A DNA stretch of 64,000 nucleotides from a virus (taxonomy: Duplodnaviria > Caudoviricetes): the IMG/VR virus record IMGVR_UViG_3300028909_000001. One strand, 5' to 3'. A program made the translations under genes and the position numbers. Below the pieces are notes generated by a model. It saw nothing but the letters and a program-made list of their open reading frames with translations, was not told where the DNA came from and searched no databases. Numbering within the stretch: the stretch's first letter is position 1; every line of letters starts with the position of its first letter. This document shows, one piece after another, positions 38,588 through 47,391 of the stretch.

Positions 38588-40309
38588 TCATTTCTCTATT
38601 TCTATGTTGTCTCCTGGCTCTAAATCACCTCTGTTATATGCAGCAACTACTTCTTGTTCAGTTTTATATTTTTTAGGAGTGTTATGTTTGTTTTCTGTAC
38701 TTAGTCCATAAAGGCCCAAAGCTGCTTCATTACTAGGGATTAATACAGGTTGAAAAGATTTAACAGATAATAAATTTTTGCTAGGCATCATTTTAGCTAT
38801 AACTTCTTTACGTGCTTCTTCAGTGCCTGGAATATGGACATTAAGTTGGTCTCCGTCGGAATTTTTTGTATATCCTCCTATAGTTAAGAAACTTCCGTAG
38901 TTTGGTATTTCCAAATCGTAAGCAGTATTAGATTGTAACTTAGTTACTCTTTTAACTTTCTTCCATTTTAAACTACCATTATACACCTTACCTAAATATG
39001 ATATCCATTGTTCATTATTCTTTAACTCAACTAGAAGTATTTCAATTATTTCTTTTAAAGTGCTTTTACGAAATCTATCTGTTTTAAATTCCTGGCTTAA
39101 TCTATATTTTAAATTATAAAGTTCCTTATTCTTTTGTAATTTATATTTATTATTAATAGCTGTAATTATATTTTTTTTAACAGTTTCTGAAGGAAGTGGT
39201 ACTAAGTCATTAAAGTTATCACCTATACCTGTTATATCTTTTAAGCTATTCTCTAATTTTTCCTTCTTCAACTCATGACTTATTCTAAATTTTGTTCTTT
39301 CAACTAACTTTTTAAATGTCCCAGTATGAAATCTGAAGGAGAAATTATCTTTACTACTCAGCCTAGATGCCCCTTTATATACTCCATAATTTAAATTTAA
39401 CCGTTTACTCATATATCTTAAACCGTTAATTAAATGAATTGATGATGTGCAGATACTTATATTTATAACTGTTTTATTAGAAGAACTGACACTTACTGTT
39501 CCATCAGTTGAGATTAACCCATCTAATATACCTAGTAGATGTTCTTCAGGACCGTTTAAACTAAAAGTAGGTATTTTCTTATTAAAAGCTCCACTCCCTA
39601 TCTGCTCTTTTAACCACTTATTAAACCAGGCACAAGAAGCTCTAGTTTTACCTCTAGAAGTAAATTGCCCCATCATATTCTCACTAACTCTATCTATTTC
39701 TTTAACTCCATTTTCATAAGGAAGATATTCACTATTACATAAATCAGCAAATACTTTTCTATTCATTAATTTTTCTTTGGTAGAACCGGCTAAGAAAAGT
39801 TGATTAGCATTATCTACCCAACCATCACCTAAAACCATTCCTATAAAAAGTCCGGTTTTATAATTAAGTTGCAAGTTAAATGAATTTTTAACAAATCCTT
39901 TTCCTCGTATTCCTTTCATTCCTCTAGTACCCATCATACCTTCAGCTAATACACTTGATTGAATATTGGGTGCTATAGTTGTAACATCACTAGGACAATA
40001 CCTACCTACTGCCTCTTCGGTATCAACTTCTTCAATACCACTATCAGTATAAGCTAATAAACTATGATCTTTGGCTGCAAATATAAAATCCCCATCTATA
40101 AATTGTACCAAATATAAAGGTACATTAGGATGAATCGAGAATGTCTTTGGATTTACCCAATCTACTTCACCAGTTATAAGGTTTAATGATTTTACTTCTA
40201 CATTACTAGGTACATCATAAAGGATATTACCATTTATAGTAGTAGTGGCTGAATTTTCTATTCTAGGGAAATCTGAAATAGGTACTAGTGTATATTTATA
40301 ATTAATCAT
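38588..40309 (-). CDS. rpoC: Split-intein C-fragment (483 aa, LAGLIDADG) + RNAP beta' segment starting SDGDQLNVH (90 aa)
   Basis: GMVLGDG and DGLISTDG motifs; TAYDLEI...GYTKN|SDGDQLNVHIP; SNEAALGLY. Confidence 0.85.
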   Translation of the reverse strand: MINYKYTLVPISDFPRIENSATTTINGNILYDVPSNVEVKSLNLITGEVDWVNPKTFSIHPNVPLYLVQFIDGDFIFAAKDHSLLAYTDSGIEEVDTEEAVGRYCPSDVTTIAPNIQSSVLAEGMMGTRGMKGIRGKGFVKNSFNLQLNYKTGLFIGMVLGDGWVDNANQLFLAGSTKEKLMNRKVFADLCNSEYLPYENGVKEIDRVSENMMGQFTSRGKTRASCAWFNKWLKEQIGSGAFNKKIPTFSLNGPEEHLLGILDGLISTDGTVSVSSSNKTVINISICTSSIHLINGLRYMSKRLNLNYGVYKGASRLSSKDNFSFRFHTGTFKKLVERTKFRISHELKKEKLENSLKDITGIGDNFNDLVPLPSETVKKNIITAINNKYKLQKNKELYNLKYRLSQEFKTDRFRKSTLKEIIEILLVELKNNEQWISYLGKVYNGSLKWKKVKRVTKLQSNTAYDLEIPNYGSFLTIGGYTKNSDGDQLNVHIPGTEEARKEVIAKMMPSKNLLSVKSFQPVLIPSNEAALGLYGLSTENKHNTPKKYKTEQEVVAAYNRGDLEPGDNIEIEK

Positions 40310-40315
40310 ATAGAC

Positions 40316-40344
40316 ACAATACGGTGACTAGTTGAACTTGTCAA
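40316..40344 (-). promoter_or_regulatory. sigma70 promoter overlapping the TGA of the upstream RNAP gene; leaderless start at 40309
   Basis: TTGACA-17-TATTGT-6-ATG. Confidence 0.7.
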
Positions 40345-43094
40345 TTAATTTTCTCTCTATAAATAATATAATCTACAATACTATCCGCACCATACCCCTT
40401 AAATACTAATGGATTCATTTTAATAGTTTTATCTTTAGAATTTGGATTAGCAATTAAATTAAACCCTAATAGATTATATTTATGCCAGGCTGGATCTCGC
40501 GTTATAATACCAGGTCTTACTGCCATCTCTTCCTTTAATGCCATAACTGCTAATGGACTATGTTTTTTAACATAATCAACCGCACTAATAGCTGGTACAC
40601 CCTTCATAACCAACCTTCTAATAACAAAAGGTTTATATATCTGCCACAGCATATCTTGAGGTACACTAGCCTGGTCTACATCCAATCTAGTATCTGGAGT
40701 TAACACAGCTCTTCCCACCAAATCCAGACTCTTATTAACCACCTTACTCTGAAACATTGTACTTTTAGCCGTTCCACCCTTTAATCCAAACATAGTAGCT
40801 AATATACCTTTAACATTCTTATCCTGGTGTTTCTTATTAATTGGATCACCCAAACCAAAGGCAGCTTTTACTCCATCATATTCATTTTGTTTTAATTTCC
40901 TAACTACTTCGTCCGGCACATTCTCAGTATTTTTAAGTGCATTGTTATTTAGTATGAGGTCTTTATATAGATTATTAACATCACTAGTTAATACTACATC
41001 ACCCATCTTACTAGCAGGTCTGTATTGGGCTGGTAGAATAGGTACTTTATGCAACATCAAATCTTTAGGATGTAACTTATGTTCTTTTAGTGTAGTGAGA
41101 AATTCTAACAATTTAACGGCATCATCTCTTCTAGTCTTCTTCTCACTACCTATATACTTCTTCATTTCTTCTATCTTCTTATCCAGATCTATATTATTAA
41201 GGGCTTTTTCCATTTCCCCATCCACTACCATATCATTAAACTTAAACTTGGTAACTCCTAACAACTTTCTGAGATAATCCTCACTAATAGGATTAGGTAT
41301 GGGATGATTAAGATTTATGTGATTAAACTTGTCACCTAATATGCCTATTATATTAGGATCAAATAGTCCGCCAGGTTCATGTATTAGTTCTTCTTGATGT
41401 GGCTTGAATAATGAAGGTTTCTTAATTTCACCATTACTCAAAGCAGTAGTATCCTTATCTGTTAAAGGTAGGATATTAAAGGTATTACCAACTCTATCTA
41501 CATTAATACCGGCAGCTTTTAAACTATCTATGAACTTGTTAAAGATGAATGGAACTTTAGGGCTGGGTGGGGTTTGGCCCAATTTAATAGCACGCCAGAA
41601 TTCATCATTCTGAGTACCTTTAACAGTACCTATATCCTCCAATACATGTCTGACATCATGACTTAGCAAAGCTGTAGTACCTAAATTTCCTATTCTCTTT
41701 GATGAACCACCTTCCACTGCTGACTTACTTGGTTGCCGGTCGAAACTGTATCCGGACCCCTGACTTCTAGTACTTAGTTTATCTTCACTAATATGAGTTA
41801 ACCTACTATAGAATAATGGACCTACAACTGCTTCAATATTTCTACCAGTAATTGGATCATATAGTTGTTCAGTATCATTTATATTATTCTTCTTTAATAC
41901 ATTAATTACATTCTTAATAGATGAATCCTTTCTAAACTGATCCATTTTAATAGTCTTACCAGTCTTCTCAGCTAATTTACCAAGGCCTAGAGTTATGGCT
42001 AAGGCTGGTGCAACTCTTGACGTGATGGACATGGAGTTAAGCATGATATCAACTGGCTTCCCATTAGGTAGTAGTGGAGCTTGTGAGTCTGATACAATCT
42101 TCGTTACACCCTTAGCTCCAAAGTAATTAGAAATCTTATCACCAGGTAATAGACTTCTTACCGTCTTGATATGTACTGTAATAAGTGGGCCATGTTTGGT
42201 TACATCCACTACTTCTCCATCATGTTCGTAGTCCCAGGCTTCTGAATTATCTTTGAATGCATGTTTTAATACTTTACTCAGCTTACCTAATGCCAAATCT
42301 GTACTCTTTAATGCTCTGGGTGAGTAAGCCAGGATTACCGGGTCTCCAGCTTTCAATCTAGACCCTACTATAACCACTCCATCTGAATCTATATTTTTAA
42401 TTTGATTATTCGTATATTTATTAGGAAATAGTGCTACAAATTTATCCTTGCCTGCCTCTACTCCAAATTTCTCTTCAATACTAAAATTGATCATTTGTTC
42501 TGCTGCCAACTTTTTAGCACCACTTTCAGTCACTGCAAAAGCATCCTCAAAGTTGTCTGAGCGGTACGGGATTATAGCAGTAGTAAGGTTAGTTCCCATC
42601 GCCATATTACCTTCTTTATCATTATAATTACTGTAAGCTATTACTTCATTAGTTTTAACTTTATCACCAACCTTCACTTTAGGGGTATGAGTAATAAAGC
42701 TTTTCCTGCCTAAATGAAAGTTATTATATAGTTGATAGGTAGACTTGGTTTTATCTGTATTATCTACTTTAATATGATTTTCAGTAACTTCAGTAACAGT
42801 ACCAGGTTTAGTTGCAGTTACAGATAAATAATGTTTACCATATAGTTCTTGAGTACTTTCTTTGTTAGTGTCATCTGAACTTTCTACTAACGGACGTTCA
42901 GGATTTACTAAAGGTATAGCTTGGAGAGAAGCCTTGGCTCCTAGTAACACACGCCCGCCGGAAACTGAATTTAGCCCAGTAATCATGTTAGTAGGTAAAG
43001 CAAATAAATCCCTACTCGAAGGCATGGATATATGATCTTCATTTAGTTTGTCCACCTTCTCAAAATTTCCCTTATTAAGTACAGTATAACTCAT
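40341..43094 (-). CDS. rpoB/rpoC: RNA polymerase beta C-half fused to beta' N-half, ending in a 13-aa intein N-fragment (start likely 43094)
   Basis: beta-like: QAIPL, NFEDA, GDKISNYFGAKG, PVDIMLN, RLTH, KRIG. beta'-like: GGLFDP, VPILP..YRP, GRAVLTPD, RDPAWH, GYGAD|SIVDYIIYREKIN*. Confidence 0.9.
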   Translation of the reverse strand: MSYTVLNKGNFEKVDKLNEDHISMPSSRDLFALPTNMITGLNSVSGGRVLLGAKASLQAIPLVNPERPLVESSDDTNKESTQELYGKHYLSVTATKPGTVTEVTENHIKVDNTDKTKSTYQLYNNFHLGRKSFITHTPKVKVGDKVKTNEVIAYSNYNDKEGNMAMGTNLTTAIIPYRSDNFEDAFAVTESGAKKLAAEQMINFSIEEKFGVEAGKDKFVALFPNKYTNNQIKNIDSDGVVIVGSRLKAGDPVILAYSPRALKSTDLALGKLSKVLKHAFKDNSEAWDYEHDGEVVDVTKHGPLITVHIKTVRSLLPGDKISNYFGAKGVTKIVSDSQAPLLPNGKPVDIMLNSMSITSRVAPALAITLGLGKLAEKTGKTIKMDQFRKDSSIKNVINVLKKNNINDTEQLYDPITGRNIEAVVGPLFYSRLTHISEDKLSTRSQGSGYSFDRQPSKSAVEGGSSKRIGNLGTTALLSHDVRHVLEDIGTVKGTQNDEFWRAIKLGQTPPSPKVPFIFNKFIDSLKAAGINVDRVGNTFNILPLTDKDTTALSNGEIKKPSLFKPHQEELIHEPGGLFDPNIIGILGDKFNHINLNHPIPNPISEDYLRKLLGVTKFKFNDMVVDGEMEKALNNIDLDKKIEEMKKYIGSEKKTRRDDAVKLLEFLTTLKEHKLHPKDLMLHKVPILPAQYRPASKMGDVVLTSDVNNLYKDLILNNNALKNTENVPDEVVRKLKQNEYDGVKAAFGLGDPINKKHQDKNVKGILATMFGLKGGTAKSTMFQSKVVNKSLDLVGRAVLTPDTRLDVDQASVPQDMLWQIYKPFVIRRLVMKGVPAISAVDYVKKHSPLAVMALKEEMAVRPGIITRDPAWHKYNLLGFNLIANPNSKDKTIKMNPLVFKGYGADSIVDYIIYREKIN

Positions 43095-43185
43095 ATTTTG
43101 ATTATATACTCTTATTATTGATTTCCACAACCTCAAACTTTAGTCTTTAATTAACCTGGAATATACATTAAACTAGGTTAGATTT

Positions 43186-43536
43186 ATGAAGAGTTGGATT
43201 ATTATTGTATTTAGCTTGATTAGTATTAGTATTGAAGCACAACAATTAAATAAAGTCTATCTAAATCACTTATTAGACGCTATTTATCTAGCTGAGGGTG
43301 GGGCTAATACTAAATATCCTTATGGAGTGATTGGAGATTTTAAAAAGAGTCCAAGAATTATAGCTGCCAATACTATAAAACATAATTACAATAACTGGTT
43401 AAATAGTAGTTCTAAAACAGATTTCTTAAGATATCTACAACAACACTATTGTCCTATAAATGCTAAAAATGACCCTAATCATTTAAATGATAACTGGTAT
43501 AAGAATGTATCTTTAATAATGAAACAGTATGAATAA
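43186..43536 (+). CDS. Lysozyme-like/transglycosylase-type protein with signal peptide
   Basis: Hydrophobic N-terminus; DAIYLAEGG..YPYG; YCP...NDP..LN.NW..NV. Confidence 0.5.
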   Translation: MKSWIIIVFSLISISIEAQQLNKVYLNHLLDAIYLAEGGANTKYPYGVIGDFKKSPRIIAANTIKHNYNNWLNSSSKTDFLRYLQQHYCPINAKNDPNHLNDNWYKNVSLIMKQYE

Positions 43537-44206
43537 GTTAGATGCATTTATTAATGGTTTTATCAAGGCTGCTGGCCCACTCCCTCCACCTCCTCCACCT
43601 CCTACACCTCCTACACCTCCAAAAATTCCGATGATTTCATTACCACACAATGCTTATACTGTTGGTGGTCTCCCTCCAAATATGCATAATTTTGTTAATA
43701 AAGGTGGTAATACCCTTAATATAAATGCTCACGGTGGTCCTGATAGTGCTATTAATGGAGAATATGCATTTCAAAGTGATTCTAATAATTCTAAAAACTT
43801 GCTTTATAACAATGAACCACTAACTTATACTCCTCAAACATTGGCTAAACTTATTGGTCCAGCTACTAACAATATCAATAATATTTATACTACTGCTTGT
43901 AATGGTGGGGATTGCTCCAATACTAATGTGAGTCCAAACGAAGTGCTTAAAGGGTTTGCTACTCCAGCTATGTACCGTAAATTATTCCCTAATCTTACTA
44001 ACGTTGTTCAAATCCCTCCCAGGCATTATGGTCCATTAATTCCAAGTCAATTTAAGACTAATGAATACCCAGACGTAGTGAATATAATAAATAGAATTAT
44101 TAAAGATAGGAATCCTAATGATCCAATAACTACAAGCTTGCCTCATCAATATAATCTACAAGGTGGTACTAATTGGGTGGATAAAGGGACTTACTATAAT
44201 TACTGA
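43529..44206 (+). CDS. FINGFIKAA-leader protein with possible clan CD (caspase/CHAT-like) His-Cys dyad
   Basis: INAHGG...IYTTACNG after a poly-Pro linker. Confidence 0.45.
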   Translation: MNKLDAFINGFIKAAGPLPPPPPPPTPPTPPKIPMISLPHNAYTVGGLPPNMHNFVNKGGNTLNINAHGGPDSAINGEYAFQSDSNNSKNLLYNNEPLTYTPQTLAKLIGPATNNINNIYTTACNGGDCSNTNVSPNEVLKGFATPAMYRKLFPNLTNVVQIPPRHYGPLIPSQFKTNEYPDVVNIINRIIKDRNPNDPITTSLPHQYNLQGGTNWVDKGTYYNY

Positions 44207-44207
44207 T

Positions 44208-47063
44208 ATGACAGACCGACACAATGTATATGTAGTTGAATTGGATAAGGAGGTCTTAGCTAAAAAAAAGTTTTTAAAGTTGAATCCTAACTACAATCCA
44301 GAACTACCTCCACTTTATGTAGGAGAGACTGGTTTGAGTCCTGAAGCTAGATTCGAGAAACATAAAACTGGACTAAAAGCCAATATCTGGGTAAAGAATC
44401 ATGGGCTTAGACTTAGGCCTGAACATTATAAAGATTTAAATCCCATGCCATTTCATAAAGCTGAAAGAACCGAGGAATGGTTGGCAAAGAAGTTAAGGGC
44501 TGAGGGTTATCCAGTAGTAGGTGGGAATCCTAGAACCGTACCTTTGAAGAAGGAGGCTGGTGAAGAAGCGTTACAACCTCAACAAGCTAGAGTAATTAAG
44601 AAGATTCAAGATAAGAATACTTCAGGGTTAGTGCTTTATCATGGGATGGGTAGTGGAAAAGGATTGGTTATAGGCTCAAAGATATTAACACCTACAGGGT
44701 GGATAAATATAGAAGATATAAAACAAAACACAGAAGTGATTTCTGTTAATGGTGTGAAAGCTAATGTGACTGGAGTCTATCCTCAAGGGTATAAAGATGT
44801 GTATAAAATTACTTTTAGGGATGGTGCTACTATAGAATGTGATGATTCTCATTTATGGTTCACTCAATCTAGATGTGAACGTAAAAATTACGTTAAAAGC
44901 AAGGATCAATTTAAATATAGGTGGGTAGGTAAAGTCAGGAGTACAAGCGAAATTAAAGATACAGTATTATCTAATGATAATAGTTTAAATTATACTATTC
45001 CTATTGTGAAACCTATTCATTTTAAATATAGAAAACTTCCACTAGACCCGTATTTTGTTGGTTTGATTTTAGGAGATGGTAGTATTTGTGGAGGTGGCTG
45101 TGCGATAACAACAGCAGATGACGAAATTCTGCAATCAATTAAGTCTTTATTTCCAAATTTTACTCTTAAAAAATATTCTAAATATACTTATGGATTAGGT
45201 AAACCAAAAGGATATAACAGTTACATTGTTCAAGCATTTAAAGAATTAAAATTACAAGGTATGAATTGTTTTACAAAATTTATACCTGATATTTATATGT
45301 TTAACACAGTGAAATCTCGCATAGCATTATTACAAGGGTTAATGGATACTGATGGTACTGTAAGTAAAGATGGTATGGCTATAGTTTATGAGTCCGTCTC
45401 AAAACAGTTAGCAGATGGTGTGCAATTCCTTGTTGAATCACTAGGAGGTTTAGCAAAGATAACAACTAGAATTCCAACATATTCATATAAAGGAGAAAAA
45501 AAGAAAGGAGCTTTATGTTATAGGGTTTGGTTAAGTTTACCACCAAATATCAATCCATTTAGATTACACAGAAAAGCAATTCAAGTAATTCCTAAGACTA
45601 AATATAAACCAACTAGATATATAAAAAGTATAGAATATGTTGGAAAAAAAGAGACAATCTGTATTGCAATCGATGACCCTTCTCATCTATATATTACTGA
45701 ACATTGTATAGTTACGCACAATACACGCGAAAGTATTGAATCCTGGAAAGCATTAGGATTACCTAAGACTGATATCATTGTTCCAGCTTCATTAAAATCC
45801 AACTATCGTAAAGAGTTGCAGAGATGGTATGGCAATTCTAATCCTTCTAATATCAACTTAATTAGTCAACAAAGATTTGCTAATTCTAAGTTAAATACTC
45901 CAATATACAATACTGGTTTGCAGATAGTAGATGAAGCTCAAAAAGCTAAAAATAGTAATAGTGAATTATATCAAGCATTGGTTAAAACGAATCCAGCCAA
46001 GCGCCTTCTCCTTTCAGGAACTCCAATTCTAAATGATCCTACTGAATTAAGTAATCTTGTTAACTTAGTAGCAAAGAAACAAGTATTACCTAATAATTTA
46101 TCTGAGTTTAAAAAACAATATTTTAAACAGGAAGAAGTTAAACCTGGATTTTTTGGTAGATTAATGGGAGTTTCTCCAGGCATTCAATATAAGCTACAGA
46201 ATAAAGCTCAACTATCTAAGATTCTGGATAAGTATGTTGACTACTATAAACCTACTCAAGAAGGATATCCTACTGTGACGGAGCAAGAAGTTAATGTTCC
46301 TATGGGTGCTAAACAACAAGAGATATATGATACAATACTCGGAAAGACACCATTTTGGACACGTTATCGAATTAAACATAATTTACCTCCTGGACGTGGT
46401 GAATTAGAAGGTATGCGAGCATTTTTAAGTGGACCTAGACAAGTAAGCAATTCAACTGCTGGATTTACTAAAAATTTAAGAGACGTGGAATCCCCTAAAA
46501 TAGATGCAGCTTTTAAGTTTTTACAAATACAATTAAAACAAGATCCAAACTATAAAGCTCTAGTATATAGTAATTATCTTAATAATGGTCTTAGACCTTA
46601 TGAATCATTATTAAGAAAGAATAATATACCATTTGGAGAGTTTAGTGGAGCTGTAACACCTACTATAAGAGACCAGGCAGTTAAAGATTATAATGCTAAT
46701 AAATTAAGAGCATTATTAGTATCAGGAGCTGGGGCTGAAGGATTGGATTTGAAGGCTACAAATTTGACACAACTTTTGGAACCTTTTTGGAACCTTCCTA
46801 AAGAGAGACAAGTTATCGGAAGATCAGTACGTTTCCATAGTCATGATAGTTTGCCTCCAGAAAAGAGAAAGGTTTTAGTGCAACGTTATTTTGCCACACC
46901 AAAACCTAGTTTATTGGATAAACTTACATTCAATCCCAAACCTACTGGTACAGATTCATATATTAGAAATTCAATCAGTAAACCAAAAGATAATCTTAAT
47001 CAAGAAATAACTAATTTAATAGCCAAGAATCAAGAACCTAAATCTTGGCTTAACTACAATTAA
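44208..47063 (+). CDS. GIY-YIG-like domain + SNF2-family helicase with class 3 intein (start likely 44208)
   Basis: VYVVEL...LYVGETG; GMGSGK|T; VDEAQK; LLSGTP; GAEGLDL; QVIGRSVR. Confidence 0.85.
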   Translation: MTDRHNVYVVELDKEVLAKKKFLKLNPNYNPELPPLYVGETGLSPEARFEKHKTGLKANIWVKNHGLRLRPEHYKDLNPMPFHKAERTEEWLAKKLRAEGYPVVGGNPRTVPLKKEAGEEALQPQQARVIKKIQDKNTSGLVLYHGMGSGKGLVIGSKILTPTGWINIEDIKQNTEVISVNGVKANVTGVYPQGYKDVYKITFRDGATIECDDSHLWFTQSRCERKNYVKSKDQFKYRWVGKVRSTSEIKDTVLSNDNSLNYTIPIVKPIHFKYRKLPLDPYFVGLILGDGSICGGGCAITTADDEILQSIKSLFPNFTLKKYSKYTYGLGKPKGYNSYIVQAFKELKLQGMNCFTKFIPDIYMFNTVKSRIALLQGLMDTDGTVSKDGMAIVYESVSKQLADGVQFLVESLGGLAKITTRIPTYSYKGEKKKGALCYRVWLSLPPNINPFRLHRKAIQVIPKTKYKPTRYIKSIEYVGKKETICIAIDDPSHLYITEHCIVTHNTRESIESWKALGLPKTDIIVPASLKSNYRKELQRWYGNSNPSNINLISQQRFANSKLNTPIYNTGLQIVDEAQKAKNSNSELYQALVKTNPAKRLLLSGTPILNDPTELSNLVNLVAKKQVLPNNLSEFKKQYFKQEEVKPGFFGRLMGVSPGIQYKLQNKAQLSKILDKYVDYYKPTQEGYPTVTEQEVNVPMGAKQQEIYDTILGKTPFWTRYRIKHNLPPGRGELEGMRAFLSGPRQVSNSTAGFTKNLRDVESPKIDAAFKFLQIQLKQDPNYKALVYSNYLNNGLRPYESLLRKNNIPFGEFSGAVTPTIRDQAVKDYNANKLRALLVSGAGAEGLDLKATNLTQLLEPFWNLPKERQVIGRSVRFHSHDSLPPEKRKVLVQRYFATPKPSLLDKLTFNPKPTGTDSYIRNSISKPKDNLNQEITNLIAKNQEPKSWLNYN
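44661..45722 (+). mobile_element. Class 3-type intein (354 aa) with LAGLIDADG, Gly at position 1
   Basis: GK|GLVIGSKILTPTGW; SHLW (W), TICIAID (C), VTHN|T (T); GLILGDG and GLMDTDG. Confidence 0.88.
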
Positions 47064-47314
47064 GCTTTCTCTTCCTTTTCCTGCTCCTTAGCTAATTGCA
47101 GTATTTTCCGCATCAAGTCTGGGGTGAATCTTAGCGGCTGATCTCCGAAATCAAATACATTGCATAGTTCATCCATTACCGAACTAGCGATTGTATTTAT
47201 AACTACCTCAGGTTTGCTAAAGTTATTCACATCTTTAAGTAATGCCTCAACTCCAGAAGTAACTCCACTAACCACTGAATTTTCTGTAACGATATAAGAA
47301 TTAATATTTATCAT
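47060..47314 (-). CDS. Hypothetical protein
   Basis: 84 aa; upstream TTGACA-16-TATATT-7-ATG (47322-47349). Confidence 0.6.
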   Translation of the reverse strand: MININSYIVTENSVVSGVTSGVEALLKDVNNFSKPEVVINTIASSVMDELCNVFDFGDQPLRFTPDLMRKILQLAKEQEKEEKA

Positions 47315-47391
47315 AACTGTAAATATAGCTTAATATTTTCTTATGTCAATTACTGATAGCTAAAAAAAGGGATTTGCAGTCTCCCCTCTCA

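Noticed and set aside
40310-40340. Sequencing frameshift or stop-codon recoding explaining the RNAP break
   Set aside because: Stops in both relevant frames (TGA, then TAG) need two errors; TGA ends many well-formed genes and the long ORFs translate intact under the standard code; a well-spaced promoter lies in the gap. A read-level check is still advisable.
531-47000. Many short antisense or nested ORFs in the track (e.g. 531-764, 3753-3950, 15310-15657, 21777-22400, 40942-41277)
   Set aside because: They are shadows of long opposite-strand genes, with Leu/Ser/Phe-biased composition and no motifs
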